The notes under the pieces are model-generated. The model was not told where the DNA came from. It did no database searches and saw nothing but the letters and a program-made list of their open reading frames with translations. From a virus (Duplodnaviria; Caudoviricetes), in IMG/VR virus record IMGVR_UViG_3300028738_000008: a stretch of 64,000 nt of DNA, one strand, 5' to 3'. This document shows positions 37,104 to 47,054 of the stretch, piece by piece (position 1 is the first letter of the stretch; each line of letters starts with the position of its first letter). A program made the translations under genes and the position numbers.

Positions 37104-37451
37104 CTAGTTATTTTTCATTTTTGTCTTATCTATAAGACTTTTTATTTTTGCATCCTTTTGAGCAATAACTTTATTAAGTTCAACGAAATGTTTCTCAACC
37201 TGATCCTTAATGGCATTGGTCAATTTTAAATTCTCGCTTTCATCATTTTTAAGTTTTGCTGCCCTAACCTCTGCATCGACAGCCTTAGATGCCTTAAGCA
37301 AGCCATTTAACAGATGATTAAACTTTGGAACATTCGTATGTAAACGAGCATCAGCATAAGCCTTTTTCAACTCAACCCTGATTTTGTGTTTCAAAATAAG
37401 ATCAAGAACATATGTCTTGACCTTGTTATACATTTTCTTAAATAGATTCAT
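37104..37451 (-). CDS. basic hypothetical protein
   Basis: 115 aa, overlapping the glycosyltransferase stop codon. Confidence 0.55.
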   Translation of the reverse strand: MNLFKKMYNKVKTYVLDLILKHKIRVELKKAYADARLHTNVPKFNHLLNGLLKASKAVDAEVRAAKLKNDESENLKLTNAIKDQVEKHFVELNKVIAQKDAKIKSLIDKTKMKNN

Positions 37452-38814
37452 TTTTGTTTAGTAATTTTTTATAGACCTCGACTCTAGCCTTAGTCACTTC
37501 TTCAAGATTATAACTAATTTTAAAATCGTTATGTAATTGTGCGCCCAATCCCTTACGTAATCCTTCATCTAGGATTAGTCTCTTTAAATACTTCGCCCAA
37601 AATTTATTTGAATTTGTTTTTGACGGAATGAGAATGCAATTTTCCATATGTCTGCCATCGACATTATAAGGAGCGACATCACTACATATAATTGGTAGGC
37701 TTCTAGTCCAACATTCAACCTGTTTTAAATTGGATTTCATGTTGTTAAAAGTGTTATCAGCTAACGGCGCAATAACAATGTCAGTCTCATTTAAAACATT
37801 TGCATAAGTATTAACCTTTTGCGTCCAACGTCTAGCATAATTACCCTCATTTGGATATGTGTGAACTCTGTCATATTTGTTGAGGAATGTCAGATAATTC
37901 TTATCTTTAATGATTCTATGGTTATCAGATAATATATTTTCATATAGATAATATGACGATTCTTTGGGTTCGATAGCCCTTTCTGTTTTGATAAAAACGT
38001 TATCCTTATAACGATCACGTAACTCCTGTGGAAGCTGTGTAATACCGCTAATATCGCCTTTACCTTCATTAATTAATTTAATGATCTTGTTGTTATATAG
38101 CTTTTTCTCCTGTAATTCTTTACCAAGTTCTTGATTAAACTTAACCTCGGTTGTATTACCGTTAATATCCCATCCAGCTAAAACCATTTTAAATTTATCC
38201 CTTGTTAGAACGTCATTATTCAAAATGTTTATAACACCCTCCATTTGAGTTAAATCACCTAAATGCGACGAGCCGCCCATGTAAGTAATTCTAACCCTTC
38301 CGTCTGTGCTTGGCGTCCAATTGTTTTGAAACTGATCCATTGAGTTCGGGTCGATTGAATTTGGCATGACGAACACATTATCCAGACCGCTAACTTTTCT
38401 AATTTCGGCGGCGAATAATTCGGTTGTGGTTGTGATGTAGTCGGCATTCTTTATAGCTAGCTCAATATGCTGTTGAAGCCTATTATGAATGTAGAATGCA
38501 TACAAAGGGTGCGACTTTGGTAATTGCCAGTAGTCATCCATGTCTAAAATAAGTATAGTCCCAGCGTCTCGTAATGCTTTACGGAAACTAGGATACTTTC
38601 TAGCATTATATAATTCCTTGTGATAGTGAATTATATCAAATGATGTAAGATAATTTATAATTTCTGGTTCTTCGAAGTTTATATTCGGATTTATCTCTAC
38701 GAAGAATTCGTCGCTATGATTTTTATCAACCTCCATAGCTGGAGTCAATGTTCTATAGTAATTAACGCCTGCGACGTCGGTGTTATAGAATAATATTCTG
38801 ATTTTTTTTTCCAT
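37438..38814 (-). CDS. GT-B fold (GT4-like) glycosyltransferase
   Basis: ILDMDDYW, ADYITTTT, VMPNSID, ITYMGGSSHLGDL, DIVIAPL..NTFNNMKSNLK, PIICSDVAPY. Confidence 0.8.
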   Translation of the reverse strand: MEKKIRILFYNTDVAGVNYYRTLTPAMEVDKNHSDEFFVEINPNINFEEPEIINYLTSFDIIHYHKELYNARKYPSFRKALRDAGTILILDMDDYWQLPKSHPLYAFYIHNRLQQHIELAIKNADYITTTTELFAAEIRKVSGLDNVFVMPNSIDPNSMDQFQNNWTPSTDGRVRITYMGGSSHLGDLTQMEGVINILNNDVLTRDKFKMVLAGWDINGNTTEVKFNQELGKELQEKKLYNNKIIKLINEGKGDISGITQLPQELRDRYKDNVFIKTERAIEPKESSYYLYENILSDNHRIIKDKNYLTFLNKYDRVHTYPNEGNYARRWTQKVNTYANVLNETDIVIAPLADNTFNNMKSNLKQVECWTRSLPIICSDVAPYNVDGRHMENCILIPSKTNSNKFWAKYLKRLILDEGLRKGLGAQLHNDFKISYNLEEVTKARVEVYKKLLNKNESI

Positions 38815-38820
38815 AATTAA

Positions 38821-38877
38821 AAAATAATACTGTGTCTTTAGAAATGCAAAGTAACAGTATTATTTTGTTATATCAAA
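38821..38877 (-). promoter_or_regulatory. host-type promoter variant overlapping a 13-bp hairpin
   Basis: TTTG-N19-TTACTTTG (38877 to 38847); aaaataatactgt (38821-38833) / acagtattatttt (38854-38866). Confidence 0.5.
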
Positions 38878-38904
38878 GTGTTTTTATAAAAAAATAAATA
38901 ATTT

Positions 38905-39237
38905 TTATATTGCCTTACTCTTTTTTGTTATAATAGCTTTTTCGACGGCGACTAACTCAGGAATAACTACTTTTGGCTTACTCTTATTTGCCTTTATTGT
39001 TGAGTCTGAATTCATCTCATTTCTACTGGCTTCTATGACAGATATCAAATTTTTTGCTCTTAGTTTATGAATCGAAACTGGTAATGACACTATATCCATG
39101 AATAATACTTCACCTGCACGCAGCACGATGTTTTTTTTCTCCATGTTATTCACATACTCGATTTCAACAGAGCTATTATAGCTATTTTGTCTTCTCTCAA
39201 TTCTGTTTGTTATGTTTGTTATTTTATATATTCCCAT
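38905..39237 (-). CDS. hypothetical protein
   Basis: 110 aa. Confidence 0.55.
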   Translation of the reverse strand: MGIYKITNITNRIERRQNSYNSSVEIEYVNNMEKKNIVLRAGEVLFMDIVSLPVSIHKLRAKNLISVIEASRNEMNSDSTIKANKSKPKVVIPELVAVEKAIITKKSKAI

Positions 39238-39248
39238 GATAAATTTTT

Positions 39249-40043
39249 TTAAAATCCCTGAATTAGAGACTCGCCGTATTTGATTCCGTCGAATCCGTAT
39301 TTTTTAGCCTTTTCAGCTATTGCCTTACATTTTAAATTAAATTCGCTAATATTATTTTCTTTAGAAATTGCATTAAAATTCACGTGCGGAAACCATATAT
39401 TTGCCAGAACATCTATAGGATTTTGGCTATTCTTATAAGAAATACCCATTTTATCCGTATCCATGATATTATCAAATTCAATTTCATATTTTTTCATACC
39501 TTCTTTAGGCTGCAACGAAAAGAAATTACCGTTACTGGAATTATTTTTAAAATCATCCCTTCTATATCCAATTAGCTTTACAGCATTTCCAGATTCTTCA
39601 CCATTTTCATTTTCATCTACGCCTGACTCAATACTATCCAAGAAATTATTTGGTATAGTATTGCTCTCAGCCTCTTTTTGCTGCTCATAATCATATATGT
39701 CTTGAACCTTATTTAAGGCTCTGCAAGCGTTTTTATGATCGAGATCAACAATTATAGCTCTTATAGTCTTACGTCCCTCATACAGTGCTTTTACAAGCCT
39801 ATGATGACCATCTAAGACGAATAGTTCACTGTTAATCCATATTGGTTTTTGTTCGTCATCAATATCAGCGTTATCAACCTCATGTGAAAATGTAATTCCC
39901 TGCAAGACTCTCAATATAGCTGGATTAATATCTATAACTCTGCTATTAACGCCATCGGCATTGAGTTTATCAACGACAATCTCAAAAGGTGCATTTACTT
40001 GTGGTAAATAAGCTGGTCTATGCTGCATATCTATTGTACTCAT
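39249..40043 (-). CDS. ParB/Srx N-terminal-like domain protein with unknown C-terminal domain
   Basis: PIWINSELFVLDGHHRLVKAL; C-terminal KAKKYGFDGIKY. Confidence 0.6.
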   Translation of the reverse strand: MSTIDMQHRPAYLPQVNAPFEIVVDKLNADGVNSRVIDINPAILRVLQGITFSHEVDNADIDDEQKPIWINSELFVLDGHHRLVKALYEGRKTIRAIIVDLDHKNACRALNKVQDIYDYEQQKEAESNTIPNNFLDSIESGVDENENGEESGNAVKLIGYRRDDFKNNSSNGNFFSLQPKEGMKKYEIEFDNIMDTDKMGISYKNSQNPIDVLANIWFPHVNFNAISKENNISEFNLKCKAIAEKAKKYGFDGIKYGESLIQGF

Positions 40044-40046
40044 GCT

Positions 40047-40055
40047 TATAAATAG
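40047..40055 (-). promoter_or_regulatory. putative late promoter variant (CTATTTATA)
   Basis: 3 nt before ATG 40043. Confidence 0.4.
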
Positions 40056-40061
40056 TTTATT

Positions 40062-43000
40062 TTAAATTTTAAATTCAATCTCTTTAACAGAACCTATAAG
40101 AAATAATGGTTTTCTGTAAGTTATCCAATTTTTTAAATTATTAGACATTTTTGCTGTTGCTCCATTTGACTTATTAACACCAATAGTTATATGTCTTTTG
40201 TCATTAATCGAACCAAATCCAGAAACGCCTACAGCCATAGTGTTATCGTCCATAGCATAACTATCGACCTTCAATCTTACGGTGTATCCTAGATATTTCT
40301 TATAAAAATCATCTATTTCACCAAAATTAATTGTCATATGATCGCCCACAAATTCAAATCCCTCTGGAAGCATACTAGCAAAGCTATCGTATAATTTCTT
40401 TTTAGATCTATCATCCAGCACAATAGCTGAATATGCTATAAATTTTTTACTCATAGGTTTAGTTTGTTCGGGTCTGTTTAGTACTTCATCAATTGGTTTA
40501 TCTTGCGGCGTTACGTCCTTGTAAAAATCGAGGTAGTATTTGTATTGAGGACTTTTTGATTTAATTCTTCTAAGATTTGCCATGATTGAGCCATCATTAG
40601 CATTTTCATCATTAAGGATTTCAACCTGTGCATCGCCAAGTCCAAAAGAGCTAGTGTTCCCGACTCTATGTAATAATGAGAATCTGTTTAAATTTTCTTC
40701 CGAATATAGGGCATAATTGTTGTCAAACATCCCAAGTGCCTCTGACATTCCACCATGAACAAACCATGAGTTCTTACCAGCCACATATAAATCGCCATTA
40801 GGATCGCCAATAGCTCTTACGTCCGCATCGAAATTATCCAATGATTTTGGATTTTTATAAATTGGTATACCCTTACGTTCAGTATCAACAACATATGCGA
40901 CAGGTTTTTCCAATTGGGTCTGTTTGTGTGCCTTAAAATCTCTCTCAAATTCTTTCTCTGGGTCTGGAATGCCAAATCTTTTTTCAGCATACTTATCACC
41001 AACGCCTTCATCCGTTACTGGCAACAATTTGTTTTTATCAAATGGCTTATTTAAGTCTATTCCGTCGCCGTCATAATATTGCTCATAGTATTTAAATTGT
41101 GGATTTTTTGTCGATAATTTATCAAACAATTTATCAATATCTGCACGTGCTGCTCTATTAACTCTCATATAGCCTTCGCTTGAATCGCTTAGTCCGAATG
41201 AATTTAGCTCACCCATTCTGTGCAATAAAACATATTTATCATAGTTTCTATATAATTCATAATTGCTATCTGCAAAAAATAATGATTGACCTATATTGCC
41301 GTGTACAAAATTACCATTTTTTTGTGCTACATAAAGATTACCGTCAGCATCAGACACTGCTCTAACATTATACTCAAAATTTGCAAGAGATTTCGGGTTT
41401 TTATAGATCGGTACTTTTTCTATCTTGTCATGACCATCAGCACTATAATCATAAATTGTTGAGTCAACAAACGCAACAGGTGTATTAGTCTGCGCTAACT
41501 GATTAGCATTATATTTTCTGTTGAACTCGCCCTCTGGGTCTGGAATGCCAAATCTTTTTTCGGCATACTTGTCAGCAACGCCCTCGTTTGCAACACTATC
41601 GTCTTTAATTGAGGTATCTTTGTCAATAGAAACATTTGTAAAGAGATTACTATAATATTTAAACTGAGGATTCTTTTTCATCAGATTCTTAAATATTGTT
41701 AAGCCTTCAATACGTCTTTCCTTATATGCATTCATGTAGCTGAAACTAGTATCGCCTAAGCCGAATGAATTAGTATTATCAACCCTATTGAGCAATAAAA
41801 ACTTATCCATGTGATCATAAATGTCATTTCCGCCGATTCTCAACGCTTTTGCCATATTCTCATGAACAAATGATCCATTTTTCTGTGCGACGTATATATT
41901 TCCGTCATAATCGGCAATTGCTCTTGTAGCTGGTTCAAAGTTACTTAAGGACTTTGGATTTTTATATATTCCGACATTCTCACGAGTGTTGTAAACATGA
42001 TTAGTGCTTCTAACATATGCAGCAGGCTGTTCTAATGTTGATTGTTTATGAGCATTGTATTTACTCTCATATTCGTTATCGGAATTTGGAATACCGAATT
42101 TCTTTTCAGCATATTTATCGCCGACGCCTTCCTGTTCAAGAGATTCAGATACCTGATGTAAATTAAAATTTTCACTTGTGGCATCTGGAATCGCTTCGCC
42201 AGAATTAGGATCAGTCGAGTTGCCAGCATTGAGATAATTAATAATATCCTCACGATTGTTTTTCAGCTTGTCAGTATATATTTTTAATAAAATTTCCTTA
42301 AACTTGTTCTTAATTTGTTCGCCTTTAAATCCTAGATTCATAAGGTCATTACCATTAACAGGTAAATCGGCATTTGACTTAGGGTATTTACCAGACAATA
42401 ATTCATCACATGCTATTTTTACAGGCATTGGAATTATATCCGATTTTAAAGACTCTGGATAAACGGCATACATGTTATAAGCAACTGATCTGGCTTTATA
42501 TATGTTGGCTGCGTCGTCCTTTGAGTCGAATGCTAGCTTCAATGCTTTTATTTCCTTATAGGTGTTGATATCGCCACGCAGTTTTGTTTTAAAAAATTCG
42601 TCAGGTGTATCGATTGTTTTGTCTAACAATAAGTAAATAAACTCGCCCATTGTTTTAGCATTTCTAAACAATTCAGCCTCAGAGTTAAAATTAACAACTG
42701 GATTAGTTCCAAATAATTGCTTATAAATGCCTGTTTCTACTAAAAGATTTGCACCGACTAAATGGTCACCCTTTTGAACTATCTTATCGAACTCTGTTAG
42801 AATCCTTTCAGACGGAATCTCTCTTATTTTCACAGCACTTCCCTGAATAGCTTTCATTGTTTCAGGTTCAATTGTGAACCCGAATCTTGATGCCATTTGA
42901 ACTGCTCTAAGCATTCTTAAAGGGTCTTCGGTAAAAGCTGATGGATCAACCATCCTAATTATCTTATTTTTTATATCGTTAACTCCTCCGAAAGGATCGA

Positions 43001-43931
43001 TTATATTTCCTTCGATATCGGTAGCAATTGCGTTAATCGTCAAGTCACGTCTTTTCAAGTCGTCTTCAATTGGCAACGTATGATCGGATTTTGTTTCAAT
43101 ACCTTTATGACCACCAGCACCTGTCGCTGTATCTGTTCTTGGAATTGCCACGTCTATATCCTCGGTGCTTCCTTTTGGTTTAAATTTCAATACTCCAAAA
43201 GACTTTCCTACAAGGTTTACCTGACCGTATTTACCCAAAATTTGTTCAAGCGTATCCATTGGGACGCCTGTAATCATTATGTCAAGGTCTTTAGATTCTT
43301 TGCCTAGATATTTATCACGCACAGCACCGCCGACAGAGTATATTTTACCACCCAGCTTCTCGATTTCGGCTGTAAAGGGAATCTGATCTAAGCTATAGAT
43401 TTCGGCTTCATCCAAATGATTAAAGTCGTCAGCAGTTCTCGTGTCAACAGGAACATTATTATAATGCTTTTTAATAAAATCGTCTATAGATTTTTTTGAA
43501 TAGCCAAATATTTCGCCGATTTCTCTGGCTTCCTCTGGCGACTTATCAGAAGCATATCCGCCATGACTGTTCATTATGTCACGAAGTCTCAAAGCCTTTT
43601 CTTTATTCGTATAAATAATATAAGACTTCTGGTCGCCTCTCTGAATTGGGAGAACATTGATATTATTATCGTTCAATTTCTTAATAATGTCTCTATTCAT
43701 GTCAACGATCAAGCCGACTTCCCTTTTACCATTAATAAGAGTATTCAAACTACCGTTTAGATCATAAGCGTCGCTAGCATCTATTTCTTCATTAACAATA
43801 GATTTTATAGTAAGATTACTGATATCGCCCTGATTACAAGCGGCTGACTTACCATTAAGTTTACCTAATTTACATTTGTCTTTTACTTCAACAGTTGAAG
43901 CACCCTTCATCCACGATAGTATTCTTTTCAT
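40062..43931 (-). CDS. cca: multidomain tRNA nucleotidyltransferase (CCA-adding, class II) + three repeats + 2H phosphoesterase
   Basis: VGGAVRD..LG..SKDLD, RRDLTINAI, EDPLR; three repeats beginning EGV.DKYAEK.FGIP; C-terminal HMTI and HITI (two HxT motifs). Confidence 0.85.
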   Translation of the reverse strand: MKRILSWMKGASTVEVKDKCKLGKLNGKSAACNQGDISNLTIKSIVNEEIDASDAYDLNGSLNTLINGKREVGLIVDMNRDIIKKLNDNNINVLPIQRGDQKSYIIYTNKEKALRLRDIMNSHGGYASDKSPEEAREIGEIFGYSKKSIDDFIKKHYNNVPVDTRTADDFNHLDEAEIYSLDQIPFTAEIEKLGGKIYSVGGAVRDKYLGKESKDLDIMITGVPMDTLEQILGKYGQVNLVGKSFGVLKFKPKGSTEDIDVAIPRTDTATGAGGHKGIETKSDHTLPIEDDLKRRDLTINAIATDIEGNIIDPFGGVNDIKNKIIRMVDPSAFTEDPLRMLRAVQMASRFGFTIEPETMKAIQGSAVKIREIPSERILTEFDKIVQKGDHLVGANLLVETGIYKQLFGTNPVVNFNSEAELFRNAKTMGEFIYLLLDKTIDTPDEFFKTKLRGDINTYKEIKALKLAFDSKDDAANIYKARSVAYNMYAVYPESLKSDIIPMPVKIACDELLSGKYPKSNADLPVNGNDLMNLGFKGEQIKNKFKEILLKIYTDKLKNNREDIINYLNAGNSTDPNSGEAIPDATSENFNLHQVSESLEQEGVGDKYAEKKFGIPNSDNEYESKYNAHKQSTLEQPAAYVRSTNHVYNTRENVGIYKNPKSLSNFEPATRAIADYDGNIYVAQKNGSFVHENMAKALRIGGNDIYDHMDKFLLLNRVDNTNSFGLGDTSFSYMNAYKERRIEGLTIFKNLMKKNPQFKYYSNLFTNVSIDKDTSIKDDSVANEGVADKYAEKRFGIPDPEGEFNRKYNANQLAQTNTPVAFVDSTIYDYSADGHDKIEKVPIYKNPKSLANFEYNVRAVSDADGNLYVAQKNGNFVHGNIGQSLFFADSNYELYRNYDKYVLLHRMGELNSFGLSDSSEGYMRVNRAARADIDKLFDKLSTKNPQFKYYEQYYDGDGIDLNKPFDKNKLLPVTDEGVGDKYAEKRFGIPDPEKEFERDFKAHKQTQLEKPVAYVVDTERKGIPIYKNPKSLDNFDADVRAIGDPNGDLYVAGKNSWFVHGGMSEALGMFDNNYALYSEENLNRFSLLHRVGNTSSFGLGDAQVEILNDENANDGSIMANLRRIKSKSPQYKYYLDFYKDVTPQDKPIDEVLNRPEQTKPMSKKFIAYSAIVLDDRSKKKLYDSFASMLPEGFEFVGDHMTINFGEIDDFYKKYLGYTVRLKVDSYAMDDNTMAVGVSGFGSINDKRHITIGVNKSNGATAKMSNNLKNWITYRKPLFLIGSVKEIEFKI
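40490..42132 (-). repeat. three diverged tandem repeats of about 180-190 aa within the cca gene
   Basis: Repeat starts near 42132, 41585 and 41009; shared YKNPKSL.NF, RA..D.DG..YVA, FVH, SFGL.D and PQ.KYY. Confidence 0.8.
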
Positions 43932-43940
43932 GCGATTAAA

Positions 43941-44594
43941 TTATTTCTTTGCCTTCTGATTGTTCTGAATTTCTCTGATAGCCTCTATTACCATTGTGCG
44001 AATAGTGTCACGATTTTCCTGAATACCTTTCTTAATTCTCTCATTACTATACATTTCAAGCAATGTTGAGTTGATAGTATCTTCCATCAAGACTTCAAGA
44101 TTTTCTGCCAAATATGCCGCAACTAATTTCTCAATGTTTGCACTGGTTGTACCAGCATTAGGACTATTGACGATCTTTTCCTTTATTTCAGGAGAAGCGA
44201 ATTCGGTAATACTTTCAGCTAGAGTTCTATTTGATTTCTTTCCAAAATTTTCAAACAATTTTTCGTCTCTATCTCTATTATCAATGTTGACAGGTGGTCT
44301 TGTTGCTGCCCTTGGTGTAGGTGTCGTATTTGATATAATATCGGGCGATTCGTTTACAATCTTCCTGTAGTCATTTTGCAATTCATTAGGATCTTTTTTC
44401 TCAGCCAAAAGTTCAATTACTTTGGTTGCATGTGATGGACGACCAGAGTCACGTGATTTCAATAAACTATTTAAAAAGAAGTCTTTAGGTGTCCCTGTTG
44501 CTTCCGTTATTCCCAATGACGCATTTCTTGCGGCTTGGCTTTCATCGATTGCTTTACGTAAACCGTTTAAATCGATATTACTGTTCTTTGCCAT
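43941..44594 (-). CDS. hypothetical late protein
   Basis: 217 aa, in the late operon. Confidence 0.6.
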   Translation of the reverse strand: MAKNSNIDLNGLRKAIDESQAARNASLGITEATGTPKDFFLNSLLKSRDSGRPSHATKVIELLAEKKDPNELQNDYRKIVNESPDIISNTTPTPRAATRPPVNIDNRDRDEKLFENFGKKSNRTLAESITEFASPEIKEKIVNSPNAGTTSANIEKLVAAYLAENLEVLMEDTINSTLLEMYSNERIKKGIQENRDTIRTMVIEAIREIQNNQKAKK

Positions 44595-44620
44595 AAAATA
44601 TTCTATTAATTATTTTGCTG

Positions 44621-45490
44621 CTATTTCTTCAAACTATCGAAATAAGTCACAGCTTTATTATGCATGTTGTCACGAAAGCTTTTATCGTTAATTACCTTCG
44701 GGGCATTTAATTTAGCGTAAAGATCAGCGAGATTTCCTATTATGGATTCTTTAGGAACTCTAGTATCGTTAGCATTTCGCAAAGATACACCATTTTTATC
44801 ATTTACCACTATATAATTTCTTGCAGGCTTATGTTTTACTTTAGTTACTGCATTATAAAAATCCTTTATATCATTTGGATTTGACGTTGGCTTTTGCATA
44901 TCCAATGGCTCTTGTGTTTCAGGTGTAATGGTTGCCGCTGTTGTAGCAGGCTTGACCTTATCTATATTGCTACCATTAGGTGTCTCAGTTTCAGGCGCAT
45001 TTGTTACGCCGCCTATCTTAACAGACGCCATTACGCCACCCATCATTTGCTTATCATTCGGGTTATACACGTCAGGGATATCCTCTGGCGCAACGCTAAA
45101 ATGCTTACCAGTTGGTAATGCCGATGTTATATAATCTAATCTGAATAATCTCCATGCTGGTTTTTCACCAGACTTATTCGTTTTTGTGTCTGTATGATTC
45201 TGAAATTCGTGATTATTTCTACGTCTCTTACCTAATCCGCTAAAAGAATCGCTTGATCCACTTTCTTGCCATGCCCTAACAACTAAATCGCCATTCCTTG
45301 TCTTTCCTATAACAAAAGGCTTAATAATTCTATAGCCTTTCAATGTCGTATCTGGCGATGCATAATAAATGTACAGGTATTTATTATTCTCGATAGCATC
45401 AATAAATATATTGGCACTAACGGACTCATTCAGGATACCACGAAAGGTGTGAATGTTTTCGAAAAATATTTTTAGTTCATTAAGAAACAT
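44621..45490 (-). CDS. stand-alone WYL-domain protein
   Basis: AIENNKYLYIYY...RIIKPFVIG...VRAWQ...WRLFRLDYIT; no HTH seen. Confidence 0.7.
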   Translation of the reverse strand: MFLNELKIFFENIHTFRGILNESVSANIFIDAIENNKYLYIYYASPDTTLKGYRIIKPFVIGKTRNGDLVVRAWQESGSSDSFSGLGKRRRNNHEFQNHTDTKTNKSGEKPAWRLFRLDYITSALPTGKHFSVAPEDIPDVYNPNDKQMMGGVMASVKIGGVTNAPETETPNGSNIDKVKPATTAATITPETQEPLDMQKPTSNPNDIKDFYNAVTKVKHKPARNYIVVNDKNGVSLRNANDTRVPKESIIGNLADLYAKLNAPKVINDKSFRDNMHNKAVTYFDSLKK

Positions 45491-45492
45491 AA

Positions 45493-45735
45493 TTAAGCGT
45501 TCGATTGATTATACTCGTTTGCGCCTGACTTATACTTACTTCTGGCAAGTAATTTTTTTCTGGTTTCAATATCAGTTTTACTTCCAATTGATCCATTCAA
45601 TTCACCCTTACCCTTTTCATCGCCGTCAGATAATGCATTCTTATTTGTTAAATTGTACTCACTATTCTTAGTGTAGGTACTTTTATTTACGTTTTCGTTT
45701 CTAAACGAAGTGCTCATGTCTTCTAGTCTGCTCAT
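45493..45735 (-). CDS. small hypothetical late protein
   Basis: 80 aa, hydrophilic. Confidence 0.6.
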   Translation of the reverse strand: MSRLEDMSTSFRNENVNKSTYTKNSEYNLTNKNALSDGDEKGKGELNGSIGSKTDIETRKKLLARSKYKSGANEYNQSNA

Positions 45736-45749
45736 AATGTTTTTGTTAT

Positions 45750-46451
45750 TTAATTATAATTTTTAAAGCATATTGTTATGTATTCAATCAAATTTGGAAC
45801 TGTGTCCAAATGTTTCATGCCCTCAATGGTATACCAACCAAAAGTCGAATGTTCATCATTCAGTTTAATTTTGTCAATATCGCCAGTATATCTGCTTGCA
45901 AATATGTGTTCACAATTAATTGTGTTATCATATATTCTTTCAAGCGTTAATCTTTTTATAAAATTGTCGAGAGCTATACCAGTTTCTTCGAATGTTTCCC
46001 TTTTGCATGCCTGCTCAGGAGTTTCGTCATCTTCAATTTTTCCACCTGCCAATCCATATTTATTAGCTGCCCAACAATTATTCCCACGTTTAAGCAATAG
46101 AAATTCATTGTTTTCGTTAACAATGATTGCCAACGCATTTTCCTGTTTTTGAAAATCATCACTTTCATTTAATGCACCTATTTCAATTTTTCTTGCCGAT
46201 CCCAATGCTGTATCAACGAAATTTTTCATATCTTCGCCGCCAGCTAATAGATACTGAACATCGTTTGCGCCCATGCTTGCTAAATCATGTTTCAGTCTTT
46301 TTAATGCCTGATATGTTAATGATCCATTTTTCAGAATGAACTTAGCTCTACGAATTCCATCACTGTCAGGATATCTTGTAATAGCAGCACTTATAACGTT
46401 TAATACATTCTTTGGCACTGCAAAATTTTTACCGTATAATTCGCTATTCAT
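45750..46451 (-). CDS. Nudix hydrolase with N-terminal extension
   Basis: Intact Nudix box GKIEDDETPEQACKRETFEETGI. Confidence 0.9.
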   Translation of the reverse strand: MNSELYGKNFAVPKNVLNVISAAITRYPDSDGIRRAKFILKNGSLTYQALKRLKHDLASMGANDVQYLLAGGEDMKNFVDTALGSARKIEIGALNESDDFQKQENALAIIVNENNEFLLLKRGNNCWAANKYGLAGGKIEDDETPEQACKRETFEETGIALDNFIKRLTLERIYDNTINCEHIFASRYTGDIDKIKLNDEHSTFGWYTIEGMKHLDTVPNLIEYITICFKNYN

Positions 46452-47050
46452 TATTTACTAACCTCTATTAGATTCTTCAATTTATTTTTTGAGCCATTGT
46501 CTAGCTTGTTAATCAGACCAGCTATCTTTGTAACACTTTTGTCCGTAATATCCCTATCATTAGATTTTGCTGATAGAAAATTATCAATCTTTTTATCGAC
46601 GATGGTATCTTCATCTACAATAGACTCGTCCACACTTGAAGGCTTATCGCCGAATTTTTTTACAATCTCTTTAGCATACACCTCGAAGTACTTAACGACA
46701 TCCTTTGATATGGTTTCCTTTTCGGTATAAATTCTAAAATCGTTTTTCAAGCTATTAGGGTTCTTATAGTAATGTTTCATAAGTTCCTCATAGAATTTAC
46801 GGAGAATTTCAAGCGTATCTGTTAAGTCTTTATTCTTCTCGTCAGAGCCTTCGCCCTCAAAAAATGGTAGCATGACAGAACCAAAATATCCCATCATGCT
46901 ATCACCGAAAGGTTGATGCCCTACAGCCATATTATAGTCAGTAATTTTTTTAGAAACTGTGCTCATATTTGGGCCAGTTTTTGGTACATTATCGCTGCCA
47001 ATAAGACCGCCGTCAGCATCTATAACTTCATTTATAAGAATAACTTTCAT
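46451..47050 (-). CDS. hypothetical late protein
   Basis: 199 aa; first gene after the late motif at 47070. Confidence 0.6.
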   Translation of the reverse strand: MKVILINEVIDADGGLIGSDNVPKTGPNMSTVSKKITDYNMAVGHQPFGDSMMGYFGSVMLPFFEGEGSDEKNKDLTDTLEILRKFYEELMKHYYKNPNSLKNDFRIYTEKETISKDVVKYFEVYAKEIVKKFGDKPSSVDESIVDEDTIVDKKIDNFLSAKSNDRDITDKSVTKIAGLINKLDNGSKNKLKNLIEVSK

Positions 47051-47054
47051 GATA

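Noticed and set aside
43100-43300. Poly(A) polymerase rather than CCA-adding enzyme
   Set aside because: The segment reads LVGKSFGV, lacking the G[RK][RK]F poly(A) polymerase signature; CCA-type is more likely, though only an assay can settle it.
27061-45384. + strand GTATTTAT matches inside genes (27061, 30585, 45377) as antisense promoters
   Set aside because: They lie within coding sequence, lack a downstream start codon and are expected by chance at this AT content.
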